A DNA stretch of 64,000 bases from Gekko japonicus (Eukaryota), in contig NW_015161423.1 of the NCBI RefSeq assembly GCF_001447785.1, positions 622,700 through 686,699 of the forward strand, given 5' to 3'. Below are positions 36,903 through 50,334 of the stretch, piece by piece (position 1 is the first letter of the stretch; every line of letters starts with the position of its first letter). The notes below the pieces were generated by a model. The model had not been told where the DNA came from. It saw only the letters and a list, made by a program, of their open reading frames with translations, and made no database searches. The position numbers and the translations under genes were made by a program.

Positions 36903-39220
36903 ACTGCTAGAGCAAGGTTTGAACTTGGGAGATTGCATGGAAAGAGCGAACAACATGTTTCTTTCTACTTGGATCTTCCAAATTGAAGTGTTACTGAAGC
37001 AGTGTGGGATGGAACTATGAGAGAATTACCACAGTACTGCCTTGTAACGTAAGAAGTGGTCCTAATGTTGCTGCAAATCTACTGGGTTGTCCTCTCTAGA
37101 TATGGCTTACAGCAGCTGATTATGATTGCCAGATATGTTCCTAATTTAGGTTTCTGCTTCTTTAAAGATGCACCTGTAGAGCCTCTACCTGCTTCAGGAC
37201 TGAATCTTGTAAGCCAGGCAACAGCATGGCAGTGAGGGACACAAAAGTTGTTGGCACAAACAGAAAACCCAAAAAAACATAAATGTATTTATTTTTAGAA
37301 GATTTCCATAACATTTCTTAGAGAACAAAGACCATTGTTCATTAGGCAAATGTTAGGCACTACTTAAAAGACCATTGAAATGCAAAATTACATTGTTTCA
37401 TGGATTCCAGTCAATTGTTTGCACTCCCTAGCTGTAGGCGTTATGGGCAGAGAACATGGGATGTCTGTACGACATTTATTTTGCAAATAATTTCACTAAA
37501 CCCCGGAAGTGCCTCATTTACTTTTGTACCCTGCTATATTTAGGATGCATCTAGTGGCAAAAGAACATCAGAAGGTCTGGAGGATTAAAGGAACAGAATT
37601 TAACCAGACACATTATACAGTGGGTTGAAAAAATAACAGATTCTGTAGTGTAAGTCTTTTCTAGTTAGCATTTGAAAAGTGTCTTGATAAATGGACACCA
37701 GCTCTGGCTCTTATCCCAGAAAAGTATGGAGCTACAATTGGTTCAGGACTCTGGTATGAAGGCAGCATGTAGATAGCAAACCCTTTAGATGTATCTGGGT
37801 GGAGTAAAGACTGATGGGTTGTCTGTCTGTTCTGGCTCATTAATAAAAGGTCAGCTGTGTTTATTTAGAAAGGCATTGTCACTAAATTGTTATGGAGCTT
37901 TTAAAAGCTAAAAGCATGGTTTGCTTAAGCAGTGTTCTGTGTTCAGTTACAGTCATTGACTTCAAGCCGTCCACAGTGATCATGGTGAAAAGCCAGAGAC
38001 AGGGGCCCTCAGAATATTAGCACATGACAAAATTAATCACAAGTGACTAGGAATATGAAGGGCTTCAACATGCAGACCACTATAAAGAGAAAAGAATTTT
38101 ACAACTTTGGTTTATGGCTGCTGTTGGATATTGGAATTCTTGATTAAGAAATTTTATCATTCTAACACACAGGGTACTCTTAGGTTTAGGGGATCCATGC
38201 AGTAAGCAGAATGTAGATAAACAGTGCCATCCTAAGCAGGCCTGCTCAGTGGGACTTACTCCTGAGAAAGTATTGTTAGGATTGTACTGAAAACGCTATA
38301 GATAAAGGTGATGAAGCTCTGACATGGCTTTGCAAGTTCGGTATGCCTTGAAACTTCTGTGTTGTGCTCAGCACTAATATGCAACTTGCTCTTTGTTTCT
38401 AGGCTCTCAAGTGTATATATTGCTGGCAACAGGATTAGTTCTCTTATCAAAAATATGGAAATCTGAATTCTTTCTTTCTCTTTTTAAATGTAAGTTAGTG
38501 GCCCTCAGGATGGTAGTGAAAATGATCCTGAACACTTCAGTGCCAAAAGACATTAAAAGTTGTAAAATATTATGAATGATCTTTAAAATGAATATCAGGC
38601 AGAGGAGTTGTGTTTGAACTTTGAGAGGTGCAAGAACAAAGAATTCTGCTTTCTCATGCTAGCTAGAAGTCTTGGATAGTCTAAGTCACAATTTCCAACC
38701 TCGTAGTTGCCCTTAAAGTTAATCAAGTCATGTAGATTACCTTGTGTCTTCATTATAAGTTTTCTTTGGGGGGGCTGGGGTTTTTTAAAGGTGAACACGT
38801 TTCCATTTCTAGGAGGATGGAAATCACATTTTAACTTGCCAAGTTAGAATTTCTGACATGGTCTTCTTCTGACTGCTGTGTTGGTGACAAGGGTGTATGG
38901 CCTGGATTGCCCTTCTCCACTGCCAGCAAAGCAGGAACTGAAAATCCAACCCCACTGTTACGTAGTACTAATATTCCCTCTGAAGGGCAACAAATAATAA
39001 AAGCTAATACTCAGTAGAGGAAGTGACCATATCAACAGATTATTCAAGTTAAACAGTCTAAGCCTTGCAGACGGATGAGGTAACCAGAGCAGGTAAATAA
39101 AGGATAGTTGCAAGTGTAGGTCTGGACTGATGCAGCTGCATGTTGAGTTCAGAGTTGTTTTGTTATTGAAGGCGTGGTGGATGTAATTGACCCAGCTCTG
39201 TGTCTTCACTGCCCCCTTAG

Positions 39221-39277
39221 GAGCACCTCAGTACCACACTTGCAGCTCTGCGTTCTAATCAGATCCTTACATTGAAG
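39221..39277 (+). CDS. COL13A1: COL13A1 NC2 exon (EHLSTTLAALRSNQILTLK), 57 nt
   Basis: cccttag|GAG...AAG|gtttgt. Similar to recalled human ECLSSMPAALRSSQIIALK. Not in the supplied ORF track. Confidence 0.9.
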
Positions 39278-42200
39278 GTTTGTGGGTAAATGGTTTAACT
39301 GCAGCCGGTCCTGTTGCAAAAGAACAAAGAGATGGATCCAATATTGCACATTCTTAGTAACAAAAATCTGTTAACACATTTGTGGGAACATTGGGGAGGC
39401 AGTTTTTGGGAGAAGGAGAAATAGATTTCAAATTCATTTCTTTAATGCCTCATGTGCTACTAATTACTAGGAGGAAAGACCATACCAATTCAAATATCTA
39501 TAGCTCAGTTTTGAATGCAGGGATCTCAAGATAATTCCTCTGGAGCTTAGACATTTTGTACAAAATACAGGGTGACAGAAATGCATCCCTTTAAAATATT
39601 TGGAACAGCTTTTTGGTAAGGACTTTAGGAGCCTATTGTCTTCATATTTGTTGAGAGATCTTTGTTTATTATGCTCAGGAAGCTCTATTTACTAGCAAGT
39701 ACAAACCGAGTATTGATCTTAAGGTCATACTTCTCCAACTGAAAAATACAGCACATTACTTTTTCGGACACCCAAATGCAAATAGACTCAGAACAAGAGG
39801 CGGGACCCGCGATACTTGTGGGGGGGGGAAGTATTCCCCACAGCTTCCGGCCAGCAGAAGTGGCAGCAGGTGAGCCCATCCTTCTCCCTCCCCCCTCCCC
39901 CCTCCACCCCCAGTGGCGGCGGTGAGGCCAGCCCACCAAGCTTTCTCCTTCTCCCCTCCCTCCCCTTGTCAAGAAGGAGGAAGCCATCGCAAGTAAGCCT
40001 TCTTCCCCGCCCCTGCCTGGCCCCGACAGTGAGGCCCCTGCAGTCCTGTGAGAAATAGTTTTCTTTATTCTTCTGATGCTATATTTTGACATATTCAGTG
40101 AAATGTATCATATTCATGGAGATGGACATCCTTAACCCTGAGAATAGAGGAAAGTCAAGTAAAGCAAGCACTACAGTCACATCCTAATATACATCTTTCA
40201 ACTTTTCAGATAAGGGCTGGAGAGAGAAAAATACACTAATTTATATTATGTGTTTCATTATTTGTCTAGGAGTTTTGCTTAAAGAAATAAGTAAAAAAAG
40301 CCAGCTGTCTACCACCTAGCCTTTGCATTTCACAAATCTTGCTACAGAAGGAATTGCTTCTGATTCTGACTGTATGACATGTATAAAGAACGTTCGTAAC
40401 TAGATTATTTGAGTTTGAAGGGGGGAAGCTGGATGTAATAATGGTTGAAACCCCTTATACATTCTGACTTTATGAATGGCATCTCATCATTGCCACGTGT
40501 GCTTGGATTTAGTGCCATAACAAAAATACTCAGAACATCTGTCTCACTTTGTTACTTCATGCAAGGATCATAGTGATTCCCCCCCCCCATGTGGTTTGCT
40601 CTGCCCCTCTGTGGTCTTTGAATATACTGTTAATTGTAGCCCTCCTAATCCAAGGCTAGTCTTTCAAATTTTCCGTCATATTACCATATCATCTGTTTAA
40701 ACCCAGCCCAGAATGGCTGAGTTGCAGTGCTGCAATATTGTGATGATATTTCAGTTGCAACAAGACCGGAACTTGGCTTGCACTAAATAGCAAATAGCCA
40801 TATTTAAGGGGAGGAAAGTGAACTCTGGAGTGTACAAACTCACTGTCATGGGTAACTTGCAGGCACACCTCTATGCTTCAAAAGAAACTCTTCATGCAAC
40901 TGAATTTCGTAGCTTTAGCAATACCTGTCTGTCCCAGTATTCATGTTGACAAAAACTGGGTGAATGACTCTAGTTGTAGATAATCATGTGCAGTGGTTGG
41001 AACAGAACAGTACATGTTCGGCAGGCAACAGGCCCAGCTGCTTTTGTTTTCTAAGAACCATTTTGGCGAGGTAGAATTAATTCCTCTAGCATGGAACACA
41101 TGACTTCTGTTTAAAAATTGGCAAGCATGGAGTTGTTTACTACCATGCTAGATAGAATGTCTTGAACTTAACTTTGAATTAGTGTTACAAAATATGTGGC
41201 AGCATTAAGGGCTTTCATGAGACCAGGTCAGGTAAGAACTGCAGAAGAATCCTCAACTAGTGACTGAGCACCATTGCTTTAAGTGTTGGATGTTTTTATT
41301 ATGTTTTATATGTTTTTAATTATGGCACGGCTAATTACCCTGCCCTTGTTAGCCGCCCTGAGCCCACTGGGGAGGGCGGGATATAAATGTGATAAATAAA
41401 TATATAAATGTGAAAAATGAATAAATAAATAAATAAAAGGGTCCCAGCCACAGCTATTGTATTCTACTTAAAAAGGAGGAGGTCTGAGAAATGTTGCCTG
41501 AAGTAGGCCTAGGCAAAGAATGACGCGCTAGTTGAGCATTGTCCCTTGCTGAAAGAGTTCTTCATGTCATTCTGCATTCACCTCATTAGCCATTAAAATG
41601 CTGTAGTCCTCTTAGTAATTGTAACTGATATGAAAGCACATGTACAGTTTTAATGATGTTCAAATGGCTTGTTCCTACTAGGAAGTAAAATACAATCAAT
41701 TATAAAAAGTATTTAGGGATGAAAAATTATCTTTTTGAGTCACTGTTGTAAACAGGACTGTGTAAATCATCTGTGTGTGCAACAAGTAACAGGAAGTGGT
41801 CTGGAAGGATAAAGTATCTGTGGCAATAAGGAAAGCACTAAGAAACTATAAGGCCCTTTTAGGTGATATAAAGAGGAAAAGATAACAAAAACAAAACAAA
41901 AATATTAAGAAGGAGATTAAGAGCAAAAGTGCTTTAGCTAGGGACTTCAGATGAGAAGGTATTTTTTGCTTAGGTGCAATGAGGCTTAGCAGAAATGGAC
42001 AGCGAAATTATCTGGAAAGTTTTACTTTAAATAATCCAGATTAGATAACTAGAATACACTAACACTTAAAGGGTGAAATGAAAACTACGATCAATACTGT
42101 AACCAAAACCAACCATAGGTGTTCCCAGCAACCCATATTAATATGCTGTATGTGGACAATAGAAGAGCTCAGAGGTTTGCCAAGAGGTACCCAATGACAA

Positions 42201-42317
42201 ATACCTTTTCTATTGTCTTTCATTCTTGCCTCTCAACTGTGACTTACTTTCGTTACATCCTTTCATTGTTTTCCTTTTTTTCCATTATCTTCATTGGCTG
42301 CTCTGTATGACTTTTGA

Positions 42318-42515
<198 letters not shown>

Positions 42516-44131
42516 TGATTAATCACCTTGTTTTTTTCCTCACAGAGGGGTTTCAGTAAAAGTAGGAAAGTAGTCTCTCTGACGATTCAGTCACACCCAT
42601 TCAGCTTGTTTGTACATAACAAACACCACCGCAAACTAGTTTTAATTCATCCTCCATTTAGCATCTAAGCATGAATACAATGCTAAATGGCATCGATGGC
42701 AGCTTGAAGCTCTTTTTTCAAGAAATAAGAAAGAAATGGAGAACAAGGTTTTCAGAGCCCCATTAGCATACATTGGACATTCTAATTATATTTTCTTCAG
42801 TTACAGAGAGAGCAAATTGCTTGTCCACAGATTAAGAAACAAACTAAGAGCTAATTCTCACTTTATATTGTAATTGTGTTTGTTATGGATATGCTGGCAT
42901 TACACAGATACTTCCTAGAGCAAACGTATAAACCAGGCCTGCACAATTTGTGACCCTTCAGGCAAAATGCAGTCTATCAGCTCCACTAGGCTCATTAAAG
43001 CTTCAAAAATAAGAGGATTAAACATTTAGCAATCTGCAATAAATGGATTGAGGTTGTGTTCAGCTCAATCGGTCACAGGTTTGACAAAAGTGTCAAGAGC
43101 AATTGCCCATCCCTAAACCTGCTAGGATTCATGCCTCATCTTGCTAGGGAATCCCCATCATGAGCATATGACATTTTTAGGGATGTGTGTTTGCCCTTAA
43201 ATCTTCATTTGTTTATTATAGGAAACATGGGTTCTCTTATTGACATAGCCATGACAAATACAATTACCACATAAAATAAGAAGTGCCTCTATGTTTGATG
43301 CCCTAATCTTGATCCCATCCTCTCAAATATCCTCTGACTTTTCAGGAAGTTCAGTTATACTAATAACAGTAATGGGACTTCTGTTGACAACCTCTAGCCT
43401 TACCTTGAGACTGCTAGGGTATTTTATATTAAGGCACTTGAATAAATTAACTTGTATATCTGTAGAGTTATCTAGGTGTACATTTTGCAAATACTAAATC
43501 AGCTGCTTGTGGCATTCTTCAGAGGATATAGCACATAACATTCTGTTCCGTGCATTTGGCTATATTTCGGGACAGTATTATGTGTGTGCAGATGAGTGCA
43601 GTTAGTTTGTCTCACTGAGGATCCAATAGAGATGCCAGTCTACACAAGGCCTTTTTGTCACAGTAGCATAATGATATTGTTATGAATACTTTTATCATGA
43701 AATGGACCACTACGATTCATCTGGAATGTGACTGGAGAAAGGGAGTAAGTTAGAGATCAAACACTATACTTATCAGACATCCCATACTATTTTTAAGCAG
43801 TAATTGGAGATATACGTTTGTTAACCACCAAGTGGCTTCACTGATATTCTTTGTATATTTAATGTTCTGCCAGGGTTCACAAAAGGTTATCTTATCTAAC
43901 CACTTTGACATGGTATTAAAATCCGTGTGGAAATCAATACAGTTGAAAAGGACATTAACAGCAGGTGAGGGAGGCAGAAAAAAAGGGAGTTTTAACAGTA
44001 CCACCCTAAGCAGGTCTGTTCGGAATCCTGCTCACGTCCATTTAGTAAATTGGGCTTAAACCCAGGAGAGTGTTCCCAGGATGGCACTGCTAGCTTTATA
44101 GAGTTTATTCTGAGATTTGCTAGTAAGACAT

Positions 44132-44252
44132 AATATTCTTATTAACACATACCAGTGGACCACTTTTGGGGGAAAACAAACTCTGATCTGGAATATTCTT
44201 ATTAACACATACCAGTGGACACTTTGGGGGGAAAACAAACAAACTCTGATCT
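44132..44252. repeat. Tandem duplication of a ~60-bp unit
   Basis: aatattcttattaacacataccagtggac...gggggaaaacaaactctgatct occurs twice. Confidence 0.85.
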
Positions 44253-45268
44253 AGAGAAAGCTGTACTTGACAAGGGACAATTTACTGCTGATTAACTTAA
44301 ATCATATTAATTTCAGTGGGTGTTTAAGTGCAACTAACAGGACCATCCCAGCAGAGTTACTTCTAAGCTTAAGATTTCAATGGACATAGATGAGTATAAG
44401 TCTGCTTAGGATGGCTCTGTACACTGGGGCCAATGGGCCCTGTGAAAATGCTTAGTTTAAAAGACATTAGTCACACATGATATGGATTTTGATGGATTTA
44501 AAAGCCCATTAACTAAAGCAAAGTTCAGTAGTGAAAGAAAAGCAGAATGGGAAAGCCTGAGAAAAAAGATGTCTTCAGAAACTTTTCAGTCTAGGAAAGA
44601 GCAGAACAAATATCCATAGGAAGAGAATTCCAAGGATGAGGAAGGAGCAAGACTAGGGAAAAACAAGGACAAGTTGGAGCAGAAGTGAAGTGTAGCACTT
44701 TCAAGTGAATGAATGTCTCATGTCATTCATTAGAGGCATCTCCTGACAGCTTCACAGTTGAAGTAACTAGGATGAAATTATACATTGGACACAAATGGTA
44801 GCCTAATAGCCCTTTTAGGTTAGATAAAACTACTTTCAATTGGGGTGATCAGGTATGAAGAAATGGTGTCTCAGGAGAGGGTGCTTAATCATTTCACTCC
44901 TTGCTATTTTCCTTCTCAAAATGGCTCTCTCAAGCAGCTTTTCACCTCACTGGTTTTAAATGTGTGGTATCAAAAGGGAAATGCTTTAATACACTTCCCT
45001 TTTCTTCTTGCTGTTTCTCAGCTCTTAGTCATCCTCTGGAAGCAGTTTTCCACTTCAAAAAGGGCCACTGGGCTTCAGTCACTTGTGTTTCTATGTAATG
45101 TACAGTTTGGCCCTAAGAAAGATTGGAATGGTCCATCGGAGGGTAGTTTAATATTGGCATCTGCTTTCCCTTCCCAAGATCTGATTATAATTTTCATTAT
45201 CTCAGCTGGGGCTTTAACAATAAGTCATTCAGAAATCCACTCAGAACATTCCTCTGTAGGTGAACTAG

Positions 45269-45613
<345 letters not shown>

Positions 45614-46009
45614 TGATTATTCTCTAATCTTCCATCTCCCCTCCTTTCCAACACTAGCACTGACTCCTGCTAGGATCCTAAAATGGGTGAGGATTGAGTG
45701 AAAAAGGTAGTTCCCATTTCAAGAGAATGATGTTGCATCAAAGCCCTTATTATCTCATCCCATGTATGTGTGAGAGACTAGACAAGAATGTAATTTCCTT
45801 CATCCCAGCATGTGTAAAGAACCAGCTGAGGAAGTCACACTCTGGCTGCAGTTATTTCACCCTCAATTCAAACTCAAGTCTTAAACACTCCTGAAATCTC
45901 TTTGATGTCCTATTAGAGTACCATTCTCAGAGTGATACTAAGCAGTTTTGGAAGGTGGATATCACTCCAAATGGTTATCTTCAAAAGATTAATTTCTTTG
46001 TGACCTTAG

Positions 46010-46051
46010 GGGAAAGTCGGAGAACCAGGGAAGCCAGGCAAGGATGGAAAG
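46010..46051 (+). CDS. COL13A1: COL13A1 exon (GKVGEPGKPGKDGK), 42 nt
   Basis: accttag|GGG...AAG|gtatgt. Gly at every third codon; the last triplet is incomplete. Confidence 0.82.
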
Positions 46052-46681
46052 GTATGTATTAAAGCATTTTTCAGTTCCCCAGAATATAATGCATGTTTTT
46101 TGCATTAAGGAATGATGAAGGGAGGAGTAAAATGCAGAGAGTACTGGTCATTTTATGTCTACTTCATTTAGCTATGGCCAACTAAGGGCCTGACAGTTGA
46201 CTCAGTAAAGTATTCTAGGCACTGATGGCTCAAAAAGCAGTGCCATCTGAGGCCACAATCTCTGGCAGTTTTCCCATGCTACCTCTCACTGATCACTGCC
46301 ACCTCTGCCTCTCAGCATGTCAAGAGGCATATATCTCCCAGTCCCATTTTCTCACCAAAGCTTTCAAACACAACATGGGGTGGGTGGGAGGGAGGCAAAT
46401 AAACTCTCTCCACCCTGTATCTCAGACAGCGCTTTAGGGTCACTAGAAAACTACTCATCTGACCCCAAAGATAGCAGTTTTATGCAACTACAGTGTGATG
46501 GAGTGGTTTTCCAATTCCTCATGATTCTCCTACTTACTACTTAGAATAGTTTCTGCATTCATGAAATAGAAGCAAACTGTATGTTGTTTAAGCAGAAATA
46601 AATGGTAGAAACCCTATTATACATACTGTAGAGCTTCTCAGTTTTTTACTTGCTCATTATGTGATACGCTTTTATCTTCAG

Positions 46682-46708
46682 GGCTTGCCAGGACTTCCTG
46701 GACCAAAG
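46682..46708 (+). CDS. COL13A1: COL13A1 exon (GLPGLPGPK), 27 nt, with non-canonical GA donor
   Basis: tcttcag|GGC...AAG|gagagt. The peptide matches recalled human GLPGPPGPK; donor position +2 is A. Confidence 0.78.
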
Positions 46709-47701
46709 GAGAGTAAAGAAACACAGAATAAATTCCAAATAATATGGATGCCTTTTAAAATTACAAATGTTTTCTGTGGGAAAACATCTGAAATACAGCA
46801 AAATCCCCAGTGTGATTATTTACCCAACTCTCATGATGGTGATAAGCATCCCAGTTGTAAAGGAATTAGCTACTGATGCTTTGAAAACTAGCAGACCAGA
46901 TATGGCTGCCTGGAAAAAAAATGTCCTGTCCATTTAATAGAGACTTAATGGGGTATTATTTATCTGGTGATATTACTTACCTCCATGCTGTGTAAATCTT
47001 CAGCTGCCCAGTTCTACACGTTAAGCCTCTATTAAAGGGACATGGCATTTTTCTCCAGGCCTATTGGCAACTGAAAAACCAGAACTCTGCAATTAAATAG
47101 TAAGAATTAATTAACTTTTTAAAATCCTGAATTCTCTTGTTGGGACTCAACTTGATGAGATGCACAAAAGACCCATGACTGGATCTCATAAAATCTTTAA
47201 TTGCATTTAAAAGCAACTCTATGCTGTGGTATAGGGGGTTACTCCCCTCATGCTGTTTCCCAGATAAAAATTGGCTCCCTAAAGCAGTTATTTGCCTCAG
47301 GAAGAAGAAAAGCCTGCATCTATCTTTGAAACAGTACAGAAGGAAAGGGTTAACTCCCCCCCCCAGCTGTGCCATTTTCTTGATTAACTTCCCCCTGCAA
47401 CTGCTCTTTGCCCTGATGTTCCCAATCCAGTTGCTTCTCCCCCACATCTGTTTTGCACTAAAAGTTTGAATTCCATTATTAGGAATTCAACTGACACAAT
47501 CTAATTGTCTCTTACTTGAGGATTCTAAAGGGGGGGGGGGTTATAGCTTTTATTTGAATTCTCTGGGTACCGAGGTATCTTCCTTAGATGTTTAGTTTAT
47601 ATTCCTGTTCCTGCAGGAGAAGGCTGAAAGTTTTTAGTCTGTCCACTTCAGCTCTGTCTGTCCACTTCAGCTCTATCATTTCTCTCATTTTTCATTTTCA
47701 G

Positions 47702-47737
47702 GGAGAACCCGGAGTTCCAGGATACCATGGAAGAAAG
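47702..47737 (+). CDS. COL13A1: COL13A1 exon (GEPGVPGYHGRK), 36 nt
   Basis: ttttcag|GGA...AAG|gtacga. Contains the type XIII motif GYHGRK. Confidence 0.95.
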
Positions 47738-48184
47738 GTACGAACAAAACGTTTGAGAAGCCCAAAACCAAAGAACAAAAAAGTACCACAGTGTTTTAGA
47801 TGCATAAAAGTGGACCTGAGCCATCTGGGAAAGTGTTGGAAAAATACACCATCCTCTCCTTCTGCATATGCATGTATACCAGCACACCCTAGCTATAGCA
47901 CTTCTGTCATTTCCTACCTTGACTGGGAGTGACTGGGACTGAAGTAAGTGTGACTTCCCCTTGAACCATCTCAAACTCTGTCCATTCCCCATGGGCAGCA
48001 TCTGTTATAAGAGGGTGGGATTGGGGATGATTCCAGGTTTTCAAGTGCTACTAAGCTTCTTAGTGGCTTAGGACAGTTCCTGCCAGGAGAGTCTGGGGAT
48101 GGAAAAAACTGTAAACTCCTAAAGATTTTATACTCTCCTGGTGAAAATTTCTTTTGCATTTGCACTCATGCAAAATGTTATAAG

Positions 48185-50334
48185 CAGTAGCATTTAGGCC
48201 CCAGTAATCTGTGCAGAGTCTTAGCCCCCCATCCTTTTTTTTCCGGAACAGGACCGGGGCAGCAAATGGGGACGAGGCTGGTCTGATGAAACCACGGGCC
48301 AGGTTTTTGTCTATGAACTTGCGCAGTTCATCTTTCTCCGCCGGGCCCATGGCATAAATGCATCCCTTAGGTAGTTTTTGGCCAGGCAATATTTCAATGC
48401 TACAGACTGAGTGTCTATGAGGGGGGAGCTCATCGGCCTCTTCCTCCTCAAACACCCTGGCCAAATCCCAGTACTCGGGGGGAATGGATAACAATTCCTC
48501 CTGAGCCAGGCACACTCTGGGAGATTCTGCAGTAGGCTGCTGGCCCCACTTTGGGTCCCACCTGTGCTCTTGACACCTGGGGGAGATGAATTGTACCTTC
48601 CCTTCGTCCCACAGTATATAGGGATCGTGTCCATGCAGCCATGGGCCTCCTAGGACCAGCGGGAATCTAGCGGCTGGGGTGATCACGAACAACCGTTCTT
48701 CCCAATGCTCCCCCGCCCCCAACCTTAACGGCACAGTCTCGTACTCGCAGGGTTCTTTCATAGTAGACCCATCGATTTGGGTAAAAATCAAAGGGTCTTC
48801 CAGCTTTACTACCCCCGCCTCCAACCCTGTAACAAGGGAGGGGTTGATAAGATCCCTCCCACACCCTGAGTCAGTGAGGGCTCTCACATGGATGTGTGTT
48901 CCGAGGTCGTGTTTAATTAATCACTGTCACAAAAAACAAGGGGGGAAAACGGCTCACCACTTTTGGCGCCTCCGGGATCGGGTCCTGCTGATCCATGCCT
49001 CTTACAGCAGGACCTGGCCTTTTCCCGCTGGCTCGGGGTCGTCTTCGCTGGAGTCTTGTTCCAAGTCCTCTGGGGTGGCTTGCAGGGCTTTGGCATATTT
49101 CAGCTTCCCCATCGGCTTTTTGTCAGGGGTGTCTGGGCGTCCTTTCGCTTGGTCGCTTGGGCCCGGTTTCCCCTGGCCGGTTCCGCCGCATTCGGCCGTG
49201 AAATGGCCCTTTTCCCCACACTTCAGACAAAGACCTTGCCGCATACGTTGCTCCTGCGTAGCCTCTGACTGTTGCGCCGGCTTGCCTTTTGGAGCCGAAG
49301 ATGCAGGCCTGCCTCCCGCGGTGGCGATGTCCAAGCGTAAGGTGTTTAGGCACATTTCAGCGCTCTCTGCTTCATGCATCCATGCTGATAGGGAGACTGG
49401 ATCTACCGCTCGCAGGACTGTCTCCTGGATTTCTGAATTCAGCCCCACGCGGTACAACTCGGCTAGTACCGGATCAGGCCAAGTCTGGACTTTGGCTGCG
49501 TGTAGCATGAATTCCGAGAAGTACTCCCTCACGGTTCACTTCCCTTGCTTCAGGGTGCATAGGAAGGCCCTTGCTTTTGGCCCAGCATTCCGATCCTCGA
49601 ATTGGGCTCGCAGGGCCCACATGAAAACGTCCAGATCGACTAGCTCAGGGCCCCGTGCATTGTGCAGCCCCACATACCAGGCCGCCGTGTGGCTCCTCAG
49701 ACGGGCCGCTACCACATCTACTCGACTGCTGTCATCTGGGAACAGGTGGCCCAATCTCTCCACGAATTTCATTACTCGAACCACAAAGTAGGCAAGTTCG
49801 TCAGGGTTCCCATCAAACGTGGCTTCGATGAGGTCTTTCGGCCGATGGATCGCGGGACCCCTTGGGCTTGCTGGTCGCGGTGCTGGAACTGGGACTTCCC
49901 CCGGAGTTGGTCTGGGCACTTCCCCGGCTGAGGTTGGGGGGAGGTGGTTGGGGAGGTGGTTGCGGGGGTGCCACTGGTTGAGCATGTCTTTCCTCTCTGT
50001 TGGCTTGAATCATCAACTGTGGGATCGCCTGGAACAGATTTGCCATGTCTCTCTGCAGTTGCCACCGCTCTTGGTCAGCCACCTCCATCCTATGGGCCCA
50101 CTCCAGTCCCCTGTCTGGGGACACGCGCCCACTCTGCGCCTTCGACTGCTCCGTCACCCACGCTGCAGGCTGCAGTTCAAAGGAGGCCCCATATGGGGGT
50201 AAATCTCCTGCTGGGAACCCCAGGTCAAACCTGCTATCCCTTCGGGGTCCTTGTGTCAGCATATAAATCTCTGCTGTAGAATCCGGGTTAAAGTGGCCCC
50301 AGCTGGAGCTCGGTCGATACCCCAGCCGGGGTGG
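48185..50334 (-). mobile_element. Decayed Ty3/Gypsy (sushi/PEG10-like) LTR retrotransposon: gag, protease and start of RT; 3'-truncated, 5' end lost in the gap
   Basis: Gag ATFDGNPDELAYF...LRAQFED and CCHC knuckle CLKCGEKGHFTAEC; protease ALTDSG...PLVLGGPWL; RT GFIRPASSPFAAPVLFRKKKDGGLRLCTDY. Disabled by TGA at 49536-49538, a frameshift near 49935-49942 and an indel near 48920. Confidence 0.93.
48965..49026 (-). promoter_or_regulatory. -1 programmed ribosomal frameshift signal (gag-pol)
   Basis: In-frame slippery heptamer G GGA AAA (49020-49026), 5-nt spacer, and a perfect 10-bp stem GGTCCTGCTG/CAGCAGGACC. Confidence 0.8.

Noticed and set aside
48679-49791. 370-aa + strand ORF
   Set aside because: Antisense shadow of the GC-rich Gypsy gag/pro region, with no recognisable motifs.
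48060-50262. Domesticated PEG10/RTL-like gene
   Set aside because: Gag has a premature TGA and a frameshift, and pol has an indel and is truncated, consistent with neutral decay.
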